This document shows positions 28,042 through 37,577 of a stretch of DNA of 64,000 bases, in pieces (the stretch's first letter is position 1; the number at the start of each line of letters is the position of its first letter). Made by a program: the position numbers and the translations under genes. This DNA is from Myxococcales bacterium (lineage in GTDB: Bacteria; Myxococcota; Myxococcia; Myxococcales; 40CM-4-68-19), in NCBI GenBank assembly GCA_036488495.1, contig DASXHM010000125.1:24560-88559 (forward strand), written 5' to 3'. Under the pieces are notes generated by a model. It did not search any database. It worked only from the letters and a program-made list of their open reading frames with translations, and was not told the DNA's origin.

Positions 28042-28722
28042 TCACGGACGCGGAACTCTGCCCCGACCCGTACTGGCTTTCCGGGCACTGCCGCTCGGCC
28101 CGCGGCTAACCTCCCGCGGCAGAAGGACCACCAAGTCAGCCGCTTCCTCGGCATCCCTGAGAAGCGTCTTGCGCGGCGTGCCCATCTGCGCGCGCATCGT
28201 CAGACCGCGGGTAAGATCGATGACCAGACTCGCACGCGCGGCTACGGGAAAGTCTGACGGGATTTCTCCCGCGCTGATGCCGTCCCGGAAACGATGCTGT
28301 ACGAGGGCCGCGGCGCCAGCCGTTGCGTTTTGCAGGAACTGCCGGACCTCTTCATCGTCCACGAGCGGCGCGACGCACACGAGAAGACAACCTGTGGCGG
28401 AGCCCTCCTGGGTCGCACTCTCTACGGCGTGCTTGAGGAAGCTGGCGAGCGAGTCGCGAAGAGTGTTCGGCGAGAGAAGTGCGTTCGCAGCCCGAGCGCC
28501 CTTCGCCTCGGCGTACGCCCGGAGGACGCGCAAGAACAACGTCCGCTTGTCCCCGAAGATTGCGTAAAGGCTCGGCCGACCAACACCCATCCCGGCTACG
28601 AGATCGTCGATCGTCACTCCGTCGTAGCCCTTCGACCAGAACACCTGGGTCGCCTTTTCCAGCGCTTCCAGCTCGTCGAAGCTGCGCGGTCTTCCACGCG
28701 GCCTGGTGGAGTTTTGAATCAT
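28042..28722 (-). CDS. TetR/AcrR-family transcriptional regulator
   Basis: N-terminal HTH region RGRPRSFDELEALEKATQVFWSKGYDGVTIDDLVAGMGVGRPSLYAIFGDKRTLF. Divergent from the SDR gene. Confidence 0.85.
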   Translation of the reverse strand: MIQNSTRPRGRPRSFDELEALEKATQVFWSKGYDGVTIDDLVAGMGVGRPSLYAIFGDKRTLFLRVLRAYAEAKGARAANALLSPNTLRDSLASFLKHAVESATQEGSATGCLLVCVAPLVDDEEVRQFLQNATAGAAALVQHRFRDGISAGEIPSDFPVAARASLVIDLTRGLTMRAQMGTPRKTLLRDAEEAADLVVLLPREVSRGPSGSARKASTGRGRVPRP

Positions 28723-28817
28723 GTAGTTCGAAACTCCTTGCGTCTGGTCATCCGCGCCTCTTATAGTACCGACCGGTTCGAAATTGGCAAGTCAACCTGT
28801 CGTCGCGAGGACCACCC

Positions 28818-29786
28818 ATGAGACATTCGATCGCTCTCGTTACCGGCACCACCTCCGGGCTCGGTTATGCGGCAGCCCGCATGCTCGCCGCCGAGGGCTG
28901 CGGTCAGGTCATCGTCACGGGGCGCAGCATGGCCCGGGTTCAGGGAACGGCCGCTCAGCTCGCGGCTGAGACCAAGACCGAGGTCTTCACGCCGCTGGAG
29001 CTGGATCTGGACACGCCGTCCAGCGTTCAGTCCGCGCTCGCCGAGCTCGTCAAGGAAGGTCGGCCGATCGATTTCCTGCTGCTCAATGCAGGGATGGTCC
29101 CAGGTAAGAAGCGCGTGATCACTGCCGCGGACATCGAGGCTTCTCATGCCCCGCTCATCGGCCATCATCAACTGACTGTCGGGTTGCTCCGCGCCAACCT
29201 GCTGAGCCCCAACGCACGGATTGTGATCGCCGGCGCGGAACCTGCCCGGGGGGGCGTGCCGATGTTCAGCTACACCGATGTGCCGGCCTTCGCGGCCAGA
29301 TACTTCCGGGAAGACCGGACCACCGCTATCGAGGCCCTGATTCGCAACGGGCCAAACGTGAAGTACGTGCCCAACAATACGTATGCCGACGCGAAGCTCA
29401 TTGTCGCTTGGTGGGTCGCGTCGCTGGCGCGCCGGCTGCCCTCCGGCATGGCCGTGTACGCTGTCTCGCCCGGTGGGGCGACCGCCACCAAGGTAGTGCG
29501 AAACGCTGGCCTGGCATTGAAGTATCTTTTTATCCCAATCGTGAACCTCATTCCCGGCATGAATCAGACGCCGGAGACCGCGGCCCGCCGGTACCTCCAG
29601 GCGTCGGAGTTCGGAACTGACGTCTCAGGACAATTCTTCGCCTCCGCTCAAGGGAAGTTCTCAGGCCCAATTGAGGTGCAGCGCCAGCCGCACCTCCACG
29701 ATCGCGCCAGCCAGGAAGCCGCGTGGCAGGCCGTGGTCAAGGTCTCGGGTGTCGACTTCTCCTCCGCAGCACCCTTGAGCGTTTGA
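28818..29786 (+). CDS. Short-chain dehydrogenase/reductase (SDR) family oxidoreductase
   Basis: Rossmann motif ALVTGTTSGLGYAAA and catalytic YxxxK (TYADAKL). The stop codon lies inside a fragment of the dispersed repeat. Confidence 0.8.
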   Translation: MRHSIALVTGTTSGLGYAAARMLAAEGCGQVIVTGRSMARVQGTAAQLAAETKTEVFTPLELDLDTPSSVQSALAELVKEGRPIDFLLLNAGMVPGKKRVITAADIEASHAPLIGHHQLTVGLLRANLLSPNARIVIAGAEPARGGVPMFSYTDVPAFAARYFREDRTTAIEALIRNGPNVKYVPNNTYADAKLIVAWWVASLARRLPSGMAVYAVSPGGATATKVVRNAGLALKYLFIPIVNLIPGMNQTPETAARRYLQASEFGTDVSGQFFASAQGKFSGPIEVQRQPHLHDRASQEAAWQAVVKVSGVDFSSAAPLSV

Positions 29787-29806
29787 GGAATGTGGCCAAA
29801 ACGGCC
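29782..29806 (+). repeat. Short internal fragment of the structured dispersed repeat
   Basis: TTTGAGGAATGTGGCCAAAACGGCC matches the ...CCTTTGAGGAATGTGGCAAAAGCGGCC... segment of copy 49140-49440. Confidence 0.5.
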
Positions 29807-29812
29807 CGGAGG

Positions 29813-30385
29813 TCACGGGGGCCATTTCGCGACCGGGTCGCGGTTGATGATCCGCTCGTCTGCGGCGGTCGGGCGCTGCGGTCGCAGATAGGGCTTGCCG
29901 ATCGCCTTGTGGCACGCAAAACAAGCCGTCAGCGTCTCGTCGTAGGCGGGAACGAACTCGTCGGTGCGCCGTCGATGGATCGCGTCGCCAATCTTGGCGA
30001 ATTCAGTGCTGTCGACGGCTTGCGCGATGGCCGAAAGGTCGACGTCTCCCGCCGGCCCCTTGCGCACCGGACGCATGCCGACCGTCCACTTGACGTCGGT
30101 TCGTACCTCGCCGAGGTAGAAGTCCGCGAGCGGCCAGTTGTGATCCCGCGCAGCGAACCAAAGATTGGTGAAGTGGTAGGCGACGTGCGTCATCCCGATC
30201 GCCTGATCCGGGACGCGCCGCTCGAGCTCGTCTACCCGCGCTTGCAGCTTCAGGATTGCATCTGCCGGGTCTGCCGTCGTCGGTGGCGCCGCCGCCGCAT
30301 TGCGCCCGAGCACGAGGACGCCGCCGGCGAGGACGATGCCCGCGACCACGAGCATGAGGGCCGACCGCATCATTCGCCTCACCAT
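29813..30385 (-). CDS. Membrane-anchored protein with a C-terminal CxxCH motif (class II-like c-type cytochrome candidate)
   Basis: ATG at 30385 (MVRRMMRSALMLVVAGIVLAGGVLVL anchor), a helical body, and a single CFACH about 30 residues from the C-terminus, as in four-helix-bundle cytochromes c. Confidence 0.4.
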   Translation of the reverse strand: MVRRMMRSALMLVVAGIVLAGGVLVLGRNAAAAPPTTADPADAILKLQARVDELERRVPDQAIGMTHVAYHFTNLWFAARDHNWPLADFYLGEVRTDVKWTVGMRPVRKGPAGDVDLSAIAQAVDSTEFAKIGDAIHRRRTDEFVPAYDETLTACFACHKAIGKPYLRPQRPTAADERIINRDPVAKWPP

Positions 30386-30696
30386 GTGATGTAGCGATGG
30401 TCGTAAAGGCCAGGATAGTGCCGCGTCCACGGGCCTTTCCACGTCGCGAACGCCTCGCCCGACCGAGGCCATGCCGCATGCTCGACGACGTCGGTGGCGT
30501 AACGATCGGGGACATGCTGCGGAAGTTGGCGAGCGAGCAGGAGACTCCCGATCAGGATTGTCGTGTGCATTTCGTTTCTCCTCGCACAGAGGGTAGCAGC
30601 GCGGGGGTTCCGGCTCCGCGGTCCCCGACGAGCGCCGGGCTCGTCCGGACGAGGCACCCTCCTCGGCCGACGAGCGGAGAGGTAAAGTCGGCCACC

Positions 30697-31761
30697 GTGC
30701 AGCCGCCGTTCGAAACCATCAACCGCAAGCCCTCGCGCCGCTTGGGCGTCCTGGCCATGGTGGGGATTGCGCTTTTGCAGCTCGCTTCCGAATACCTCGG
30801 GACGCGCGACGCCGCCCGCTTCTTCTCCAAGTTGATGGCGCTGTCGATCGGGTTGCCCCTTTTGATCGCCGGCGGTTTCGCCGCGTTCCGCCGGGTGTCG
30901 CCAAGAGGGCCGAGCGCGGTTGGCCCGCTCTTCGTCGGCGCGCTGACCACCGGGGTCGTCTTCGCCCTCTTGCTCCTCGCGACCCGGGCGCTGACCGCCT
31001 CGCTGATCATGCCCCGGCCCGGGCTGGAAGCGTGGGGCCACGGCGATGTGCTCCGTGTCGGATTCGCGCTCGGGCTGACCCATTTTGGAGTCTGGGCGCT
31101 GGCCTTCGTGTTCCCCGGCGTCGCCGAGGACCTGCGCGTCCGTGCCCTGGAAGCGCAGCAGCTTCGGACGCAGGCGGAGCTGGCGCGGCTCCGCTCGCAT
31201 CTCGAGCCGCATTTCCTCCTCAACACGCTCAACGCCATCGCGGGGCTCGTCACCGAGGACCCGCGCAAGGCGCGCCAGCTGATCGGAACGCTCGGCGACC
31301 TGCTGCGCGATTCCGCGGAGCCGGAGGGTGAGATGCAGATGCTCGACGCGCAGATCGAATGGCTGCGCCGGTACGCGCAGATCCTCGAGGAGCGCCACGC
31401 CGGACATCTCGTCTTCCGCTGGGAGATCTCGCGCGGCACGCGCCGGGCGCTGTTGCCTCGGCTCCTGCTTCAGCCGCTGGTCGAGAATGCGGTGAAGCAC
31501 GGCGCTTTGATGCGCGCCGGGGGCGGCCAAATCGTCGTTCGCACCGAATTGGCCGATGGAGGCAGGCTCATCTGTACCGTCGAAGACAACGGGCCCGGAG
31601 TCGCGGCGCGGCCAACGCGGCCTGGGGCGTTCGGGCTGCTCTCGGTGCGCAGCCGGCTGTCGTTGCGATATTCGGATGCTGCCTGGTTGCGAATCGAGTC
31701 CTCCGCGGCCGGCACGCGATCGATCGTGGAGATGCCGCTCGAGCAAGGGAGCACTTCATGA
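30697..31761 (+). CDS. LytS/YehU-type sensor histidine kinase
   Basis: GTG at 30697 (start uncertain). Several TM helices, then LRSHLEPHFLLNTLNAIAGL (His_kinase-type H box) and QPLVENAVKHG...DNGPG (ATPase). Confidence 0.8.
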   Translation: MQPPFETINRKPSRRLGVLAMVGIALLQLASEYLGTRDAARFFSKLMALSIGLPLLIAGGFAAFRRVSPRGPSAVGPLFVGALTTGVVFALLLLATRALTASLIMPRPGLEAWGHGDVLRVGFALGLTHFGVWALAFVFPGVAEDLRVRALEAQQLRTQAELARLRSHLEPHFLLNTLNAIAGLVTEDPRKARQLIGTLGDLLRDSAEPEGEMQMLDAQIEWLRRYAQILEERHAGHLVFRWEISRGTRRALLPRLLLQPLVENAVKHGALMRAGGGQIVVRTELADGGRLICTVEDNGPGVAARPTRPGAFGLLSVRSRLSLRYSDAAWLRIESSAAGTRSIVEMPLEQGSTS

Positions 31762-32528
31762 GCGAAACGAATCTGCTCAAGGCGCTGGTGCTCGAAGACG
31801 AATGGCCGACACGGAACTACCTCGTCAAACTGATCGAGGGCACCGGACGCGCGCAAGCGGTCGGCGCGGTGGGGACACTCGACGAGGCGCGCGAGGCCCT
31901 CGCTGGTTCGACGGTCGACGTCGTGTTCGTCGACGTCCAACTCGCCGCCACCGGCGATTCCCGCACCGGCCTCGACTTGATCCGCGCGATGGCAGCGGAG
32001 CCGGGCGCGCCGATGTTCGTCCTCGCCACCGCCTCTTCGCAGCACGGCCTCGAGGCGTTCGATCTCGGTGTCGTCGATTACATCTTGAAGCCGTACACCG
32101 AAGAGCGCCTCGATCAATGCGTGCGCCGCTTGCTCGAGCGCCGGGCGCCGCGGGCGCAGACGGTCAGCCGCGTGGTCGCGAGGCGGAAGAAGAGCCTCGT
32201 CTTCCTCGACGCTTCGAGCATCTGGGCGTTCGAGGCGGCCGACCGGCTGACGTTCGTGCACGCGGCTGAAGGCAAGTTCGACATCGATCTGTCGCTCGCC
32301 GCGATCGAGGCTTCCTTCGGCCGCGCTCTGTTTCGTGTGCACCGGAACTGGCTCGTGAACCTGGCTTACGTCAAGGAGCTCGAACGCGACCTCGGCGGCG
32401 CTACCGTCACGGTCGGGAGCGATCTCGGCGACGACGGCAAGGGCATCCATGTCCCTGTCTCGCAAGACCGCGCCAAGCCGCTCCGCGACGCGCTCCTGAG
32501 CAACACGACGGGTTTGCGGCGGCCGTGA
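31758..32528 (+). CDS. LytR/AlgR-family response regulator (receiver + LytTR DNA-binding domain)
   Basis: ATGA overlap with the kinase stop. Receiver (ALVLEDEWP...VDVVFVDVQL), then LytTR (..FRVHRNWLVNLAYVKEL..). Confidence 0.85.
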   Translation: MSETNLLKALVLEDEWPTRNYLVKLIEGTGRAQAVGAVGTLDEAREALAGSTVDVVFVDVQLAATGDSRTGLDLIRAMAAEPGAPMFVLATASSQHGLEAFDLGVVDYILKPYTEERLDQCVRRLLERRAPRAQTVSRVVARRKKSLVFLDASSIWAFEAADRLTFVHAAEGKFDIDLSLAAIEASFGRALFRVHRNWLVNLAYVKELERDLGGATVTVGSDLGDDGKGIHVPVSQDRAKPLRDALLSNTTGLRRP

Positions 32529-32799
32529 GCTGAATCGTCCTCGCCCCGAAATGCAGACGAGAGGCGGCTTTCCGACGACCGGCGCTGCACTCCGCGCCCG
32601 CCGCGCCGCCTACACTCGGGACATGCGAATCGTCTCACAGTGCTCCACCCGGCGCAGTTGGTGCACGTCTGGCTACCGAAGTGCCTCGCGAACGGAGATT
32701 GCGGCGAATGATCGGGGTTGAGTCACGGCCGCCGCAGGCCGGCCGGCCGGTCGTGTTTTCGAGCAGCGCGGCGCGAAGCGCTTTCGACCGACCCTGCTG

Positions 32800-32960
32800 C
32801 GGGTGGTGAATGCGTTGTCGTCGGCGCCATAGGTCGCGCCACGCATTGTCAGCGCCCCTGCGGTAGCTTCCGAGTTGGTCTGGATCGGCCGAAAACCCAG
32901 GGATCGAGTCGCACAAGTAACCTTGTGTGGCGAGCCGGTTCGTCGCGCACGCTGTCACGA
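32800..32960 (-). repeat. Diverged/partial inverted copy of the structured dispersed repeat
   Basis: 32884-32921 is the reverse complement of GTTACTTGTGCGACTCGATCCCTGG.GTTTT.GGCCGATC. Weaker similarity extends on both sides. Boundaries are approximate. Confidence 0.55.
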
Positions 32961-32975
32961 ACAGCCGTCGACGTC

Positions 32976-33980
32976 TTACTTCGCCCCGACCCCGCCATAC
33001 TTTGCGACGAATCTCTCCCACGCGGCTGTCGCGGCGTCCGCGGCGCCGTCGATCAGAGCTGGCGCGTCGGCGTGGACCAGCCGGCCGTCGTCGACGACGA
33101 TGCGGCCGTCGACCAGCACGGTCTCAACGTTCGTCGCATGCGCGTGGTAGACGAGGTTCTGGATTGGATCGAGCGTCAGACCGAACGCCTGAAAATCGAC
33201 GACCACCAGATCCGCGCGTTTGCCGATTTCGATCGATCCGATCTCGCGCTCGAACCCGAGTGCCCTGGCGCCGCCCAGCGTCGCGAGCTCCAGCGCCTCC
33301 GCCGCGGGCATCGTCACCGCGCTCTCTTCCTTGACGCGCGCCATCAGCACCGCCGCGCGGACCAGCTCGAAGTAATCGGCGAACAAACTGTCGCTGCCGA
33401 GGCCGACCGCGATGCCGCGGCGCCGGAACTCGCCCACCGGTGCGATGTGGCCACGGAGCGAATTGATCAGCGGGCAGTGGGCGACGGCGGCGCGCGTCTC
33501 GGCGAGAAGCGCGATGTCCGAATCTTCGATGACGTAGCAGTGCGCGGCCACGACGTCCGGCGCGAGCAGCCCATTGGCCCGCGCGTACTCGAATGGGGTC
33601 ACACCGTGGAGGCGCCGGGTGGCGTCGACTTCGCCCCGCCCCCAGCCGAGATGCATGCTGAGGCGCAGCCCCAGGCGATCGGCCGCCGCTCGCGACTCCC
33701 GCAAGAGCTCCGGCGAGGAGCTGATGGTCATGTTCGGCGCCATGATCGCGGAGATGCGGCCGTCCGCCTTGCCGTGCCACTCTTCCGCGAACTCGACCGC
33801 TCGACGGAGTTGGGCCTGTCGCAGCGCCGGATCGTACCGGTACCGGTCGTGGCGCAGGCCGTCCACCTCCACGTCGTGCGTCATGACGCCCATCAGGCTG
33901 CGGATACCGATCCGCTCGACGAACGCGGCGAAGACGTCGGCGTCCTCCTCCATCTCGAGCACGAGAACAACCCTCCACAA
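32976..33980 (-). CDS. Amidohydrolase-superfamily protein (chlorohydrolase/deaminase-like), apparently N-terminally truncated
   Basis: C-terminal two-thirds of an amidohydrolase fold (..AHC..I..SDI.LLAE....VAHCP..N..L..G.AP..........GLGSD...., ..GSIE.GK.ADLVV.D). The N-terminal beta-sandwich and HxH metal motif are missing, and no upstream in-frame extension exists. Confidence 0.6.
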   Translation of the reverse strand: MWRVVLVLEMEEDADVFAAFVERIGIRSLMGVMTHDVEVDGLRHDRYRYDPALRQAQLRRAVEFAEEWHGKADGRISAIMAPNMTISSSPELLRESRAAADRLGLRLSMHLGWGRGEVDATRRLHGVTPFEYARANGLLAPDVVAAHCYVIEDSDIALLAETRAAVAHCPLINSLRGHIAPVGEFRRRGIAVGLGSDSLFADYFELVRAAVLMARVKEESAVTMPAAEALELATLGGARALGFEREIGSIEIGKRADLVVVDFQAFGLTLDPIQNLVYHAHATNVETVLVDGRIVVDDGRLVHADAPALIDGAADAATAAWERFVAKYGGVGAK

Positions 33981-34058
33981 TTCGCATAGCGGCCATACGA
34001 ACCGATCATCTCCGGGCGATCTCCTTGGCTTCGACAGTCGCAGAAAAGGAGATCCACC

Positions 34059-34535
34059 ATGAAGCTGCTTTCGATCCGAATTCTACTGGCAGTGGGCCTC
34101 GTCGGCGGAACCGCGCGTGCCGAGGCGACGCAGGCAGACCTCGCCGAGGCCGGCGCGCCCGACAGCGTGCTGAACCAGGACGGCTACGGCCTGCAGTCCG
34201 TCGACAGCGCCGTCACCGATGCGCAGGTGCTGCGCGCCGAAGCGGGCAGCCCGCACTCGGTCGGCAACGCCTCGCGCATGATCGTCGCAGGCGATCCGAA
34301 CATGCGCGCGTGCGACATGCACCTCGCAGATCTCGCCGAGGCTGGCGCGCCGGACAGCCTCTTGAACAAGGACGGGTACGGCCGCGCGGAGTCCCTCGAC
34401 AGCGTCGATGCGCAGGCGCTGCGCGCGGAAAACGACGGCGGCGATTCGATCGGCGCCGCCGATCAGCCGGCGCTGGCGTGCAACATGCCCGTGCCGGGGC
34501 TCGCCAACCTGCACTCGCCGGACTCGGGCAAGTAA
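34059..34535 (+). CDS. Secreted protein with an internal duplication
   Basis: AAGGAG SD, signal peptide MKLLSIRILLAVGLVGGTARA. ADLAEAGAPDS(V/L)LN(Q/K)DGYG...SVD..AQ.LRAE occurs twice. Confidence 0.6.
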   Translation: MKLLSIRILLAVGLVGGTARAEATQADLAEAGAPDSVLNQDGYGLQSVDSAVTDAQVLRAEAGSPHSVGNASRMIVAGDPNMRACDMHLADLAEAGAPDSLLNKDGYGRAESLDSVDAQALRAENDGGDSIGAADQPALACNMPVPGLANLHSPDSGK

Positions 34536-34718
34536 CAAAGGCGGCGCGGCGGCAGGGTTTCGGACCGCCGCGCTTTGTGCTGCTCGTCGGAAAAGAATCG
34601 GCGCCCGGCGGCAAAATCCGGCCCTTCGACGGCTGTTCGCGGCGCGCCGCAACGGCGCTCGTATCTTCCCCCACCGCGGTGCACCGCTGAAGGGGCCGCA
34701 TTTCCTGGAGATGTCGCG

Positions 34719-35519
34719 ATGACGAATTGGATCAAGCAGAACCTGTTTCGAGTCCACGCGGCGCTGCCGCTCCTGGCTGTCCTCGCCCTGGGGTCGGCCG
34801 CCAGCGCCGCTCCCGTCAAGAACATCGTGCTCGTCCATGGCGCTTTCGTGGACGGCTCGGGATGGAGGCCGGTGTACGAGATTCTGGAGCGCGATGGCTA
34901 TTCTGTCAGCATCGTCCAACAGCCGCTCACCGGCCTCGAGGAGGATGTGGCCGCGACCAGGCGCATCCTCGAACGGCAGGGCGGTCCTGCCATCCTCGTC
35001 GGGCACAGCTACGGCGGGGCGATCATCTCCGCAGCGGGCAACGAGCCGAACGTCGTCGGCCTCGTCTACATCGCCGCGCACGCGCTCGACGACGGCGAGA
35101 CAGAGAGCGCCAACGGCAAGCTCTACCCCGCTGCAGCCCGGGACGCGATAACGAAGACTGCGGACGGCTTCACCTTCATCGATCCTGCTCGCTACGGAAA
35201 GGACTTCGCCGCAGACCTGCCGCCGGCCGAAGCCGCGTTCGAGGCGGGGGCGCAAATGTTCACGGCGGCGAAGGTCTTCGCCACTCCACTCGTCAACCCC
35301 GCCTGGAAGCAGAAGCCGAGCTGGTACATGGTCGCGAAATCGGATCGAATCATCAGCCCGGACCTCGAGCGAATGTATGCCGCGCGGGCGCACAGCCACA
35401 CGGTCGAAATCGCCGGCGCCAGTCATTCGGTATACCGCTCGCACCCGAAGGAAGTTGCCGCGCTGATCGAACAGGCCGCCAAGGGCGCATTGACGGCGGA
35501 AGCCATGAACCGCCGCTAG
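34719..35519 (+). CDS. Secreted alpha/beta-hydrolase
   Basis: ATG at 34719, signal peptide, IVLVHGAF..GSGW, nucleophile elbow GHSYGG, and C-terminal ..GASHSV... Confidence 0.8.
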   Translation: MTNWIKQNLFRVHAALPLLAVLALGSAASAAPVKNIVLVHGAFVDGSGWRPVYEILERDGYSVSIVQQPLTGLEEDVAATRRILERQGGPAILVGHSYGGAIISAAGNEPNVVGLVYIAAHALDDGETESANGKLYPAAARDAITKTADGFTFIDPARYGKDFAADLPPAEAAFEAGAQMFTAAKVFATPLVNPAWKQKPSWYMVAKSDRIISPDLERMYAARAHSHTVEIAGASHSVYRSHPKEVAALIEQAAKGALTAEAMNRR

Positions 35520-35686
35520 TGCTTTCGAAACACTTCTGAAGGCTTGATTTCGGCTGAGCGACGGTCGTTGCCGCGGCGAGGTTCTTCCATGTCCCTTGCA
35601 CTAGATGAAGATGGGGCAAGGTAGCCTCCATGAATTTGATCACGAGGCTCGGCATATTCCATGCCTCGTAAATTTGGTAACGGGTG

Positions 35687-35865
35687 TAACAGCGGGTCCC
35701 CGCAGTTACTTGCGCGACTCGATCCCTAGGGTTTTGGCCGATCGTGTCGCGCAAAGCTGAGGCCCGAAAACGAGCTACTGCGCGGACACCTTTGCGGAAT
35801 GTGGCCAAGACGGCCGTGTCGCGTTCTCGCGAAATCCCTGCATAAACGCACCAAAAGGGCCCGAC
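35687..35865 (+). repeat. Structured dispersed repeat, right-truncated copy abutting the recombinase remnant
   Basis: Aligns with the first ~180 nt of copies at 17306 and 49140. Similarity ends at GGGCCCGA (35865), where recombinase-coding sequence on the opposite strand begins. Confidence 0.85.
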
Positions 35866-36426
35866 CTGGCGCGCCACAGCGCGGGCTTCGGCCTCCTGTG
35901 GGTCTTCCTCGAGGCGCTCACCGTCGACGGCTACGCGCCGGCCGTACGGCGCCTGCCCGCCCGTGTACTCGCCCCTGCTCGCCTTGTGCTGCATCGCCGT
36001 CGCCGTCCGCTCCCCGATGGCCTCCCGCTCCCACTGGCTGACCGAGGCAAGGACGTTTAGGACGAGTCTCCCTGCGGCGCTGCGGGTGTCGATCTGCTCT
36101 CCCACGCTGAGCAGGGCCGCCTTGCCGGGCGCGAAGTACCCCTCTACCAGCGTTCCGAGATCGACCACGCTTCGCGTTAGCCTGTCGAGCTTCACTACCA
36201 ACAGCGCTTCCGCCTGAGCCGCCTTCAGCACCGCTACAGCGCGCTTCAAGCCTGGGCGGTCGAGGCTTTTCGCGCTCTCGCCTGCGTCGACGGTGGTGTC
36301 GACGAGCTCCAAGTCGTACAGCTGCGCGTAGGCCGCGACCTTGCCGCGCTGGGCATCGAGGCTCACCCCTCGGTCAGCCTGCTTTTCGGTGCTCACTCGC
36401 AAGTAAGCGATGGTTCTCGTCGGCAT
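35866..36426 (-). pseudogene. Serine recombinase, 3'-truncated (resolvase domain only)
   Basis: MPTRTIAYLRVSTEKQADRGVSLDAQ... (catalytic Ser context), ..LLVVKLDRLTRS.., ..ASVSQWEREAIGERT.., then APYGRRVAVDGERLEEDPQEAEARAVAR. At that point the reading frame runs into the repeat. The rest of the 357-aa track ORF is read-through of repeat and lower-GC DNA. Confidence 0.75.
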
Positions 36427-36522
36427 GAGAGTGACGTTCGCTCTCTGCGCGGCGGAGTCAAGCGGACTCGACGCCTCCTCGGACCCACTGCTGCATTTGG
36501 CCGCAGCCCCACAGCACCGCCG

Positions 36523-37320
36523 TTATTGGCCGACGTCGATACGGGTGCAAGACCGCGTGCCGCGGGCGCTCGCGCAAGCCCCGGCGTGTCCCGTCGCTCG
36601 CGCGAGAACCAACCCATCGTGCAGATGCTGAATGACGTTCGCGTTGCTCGTGGTCCATTCAACCGCGCCTGAGTAGACCGCTGGAATGTGCAACTGCTGC
36701 ATCGATCCGACCGTCATTCGGAGTTGCGGCGGCGTGACGCGGAGCAGGATGTCGGATTCGTCGACCTGCACTGGAAGCGTCGCTCTTGCGTCGCCAAGCG
36801 TGGCCGTCAGCGTGGCTAAACCGGGGGACCGGCCGGCGATCACTTTGAGCTTGGTGCCGACCGCGACGCTTGGGTCTTCGCTCAACCACCGGATCGCGCG
36901 TCCGTCCACCGGTTCGCCGTCCGCCTTGATCTCCACGACCTGCTCGGCGCCGACCTTCAGCGCGAGACGTGGTGGCTCAATTCGCAGCGCGTGCGCCGCC
37001 CGCACTGAAACCTCGAGGGTGACGCCATTGCGTGAACGGATGGTGGCGGTGCCGTTGCGATGGGCTACGAGCATGCCGTTGGCGTCGGCTTCGACGACGG
37101 CGGGATTGCTACTGGAGAGCAGACCGCCGCCGCGTGCGCTTCCCGCAGCATACGGCGGTGCGACGGGCTTCTCGATCCGATCGATGCTCATAGTGGGAAA
37201 GCGGAAGGCAACGGATGAGTCGGCTGGTGCGCGTTCTTGGTCCTGACCGCCACGGTCCGAGGGTGAGCAGCACCACAGCAGACCGGCAACGGCGGCGAAC
37301 GCGGGCAACTTAGAACGCAT
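36523..37320 (-). CDS. Lipoprotein with bacterial Ig-like (Big_2-type) domains
   Basis: MRSKLPAFAAVAGLLWCCS signal/lipobox. ..SSNPAVVEADANGMLVAHRNGTATI.., ..LSEDPSVAVGTKLKVIAGRSPGLATLTATLG.., ..WTTSNANV... Confidence 0.65.
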   Translation of the reverse strand: MRSKLPAFAAVAGLLWCCSPSDRGGQDQERAPADSSVAFRFPTMSIDRIEKPVAPPYAAGSARGGGLLSSSNPAVVEADANGMLVAHRNGTATIRSRNGVTLEVSVRAAHALRIEPPRLALKVGAEQVVEIKADGEPVDGRAIRWLSEDPSVAVGTKLKVIAGRSPGLATLTATLGDARATLPVQVDESDILLRVTPPQLRMTVGSMQQLHIPAVYSGAVEWTTSNANVIQHLHDGLVLARATGHAGACASARGTRSCTRIDVGQ

Positions 37321-37577
37321 TGCGCGACTCTAACGTGAAGCGCTACCAGAGCGGTAAGACTGAGTGCGTCCTCGCACGCGCACTGTCGCGGTCAGTTTCA
37401 GCCCGCGGCCGCGAAGTGACAGTCGCAATTTTCGGCAAGCAAAGGGCTCGTTTTCTGGCCGGCAGGGCTGATTGGTCGCACGCCAGATAACTGGCTGAGC
37501 GCATTATCTAAAATCACGGCGGATTGACACAGCCCGCAGCTGTTGGGCATGGTCCCGCGCTTTTTGGGGGGGGGCAC

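Noticed and set aside
27740-28045. 101-aa minus-strand ORF between the DUF3309-like gene and the TetR gene. The overlapping plus-strand ORF 27378..27944 was also considered.
   Set aside because: No start context and no motif are present, the composition is Arg-rich, and the ORF overlaps the convincing DUF3309-like ORF. I could not support either ORF as a gene.
29910-29926. TGGCACG... resembling the -24 element of a sigma-54 promoter.
   Set aside because: No TTGC-type -12 element is present at the required spacing, and the sequence lies inside a coding region.
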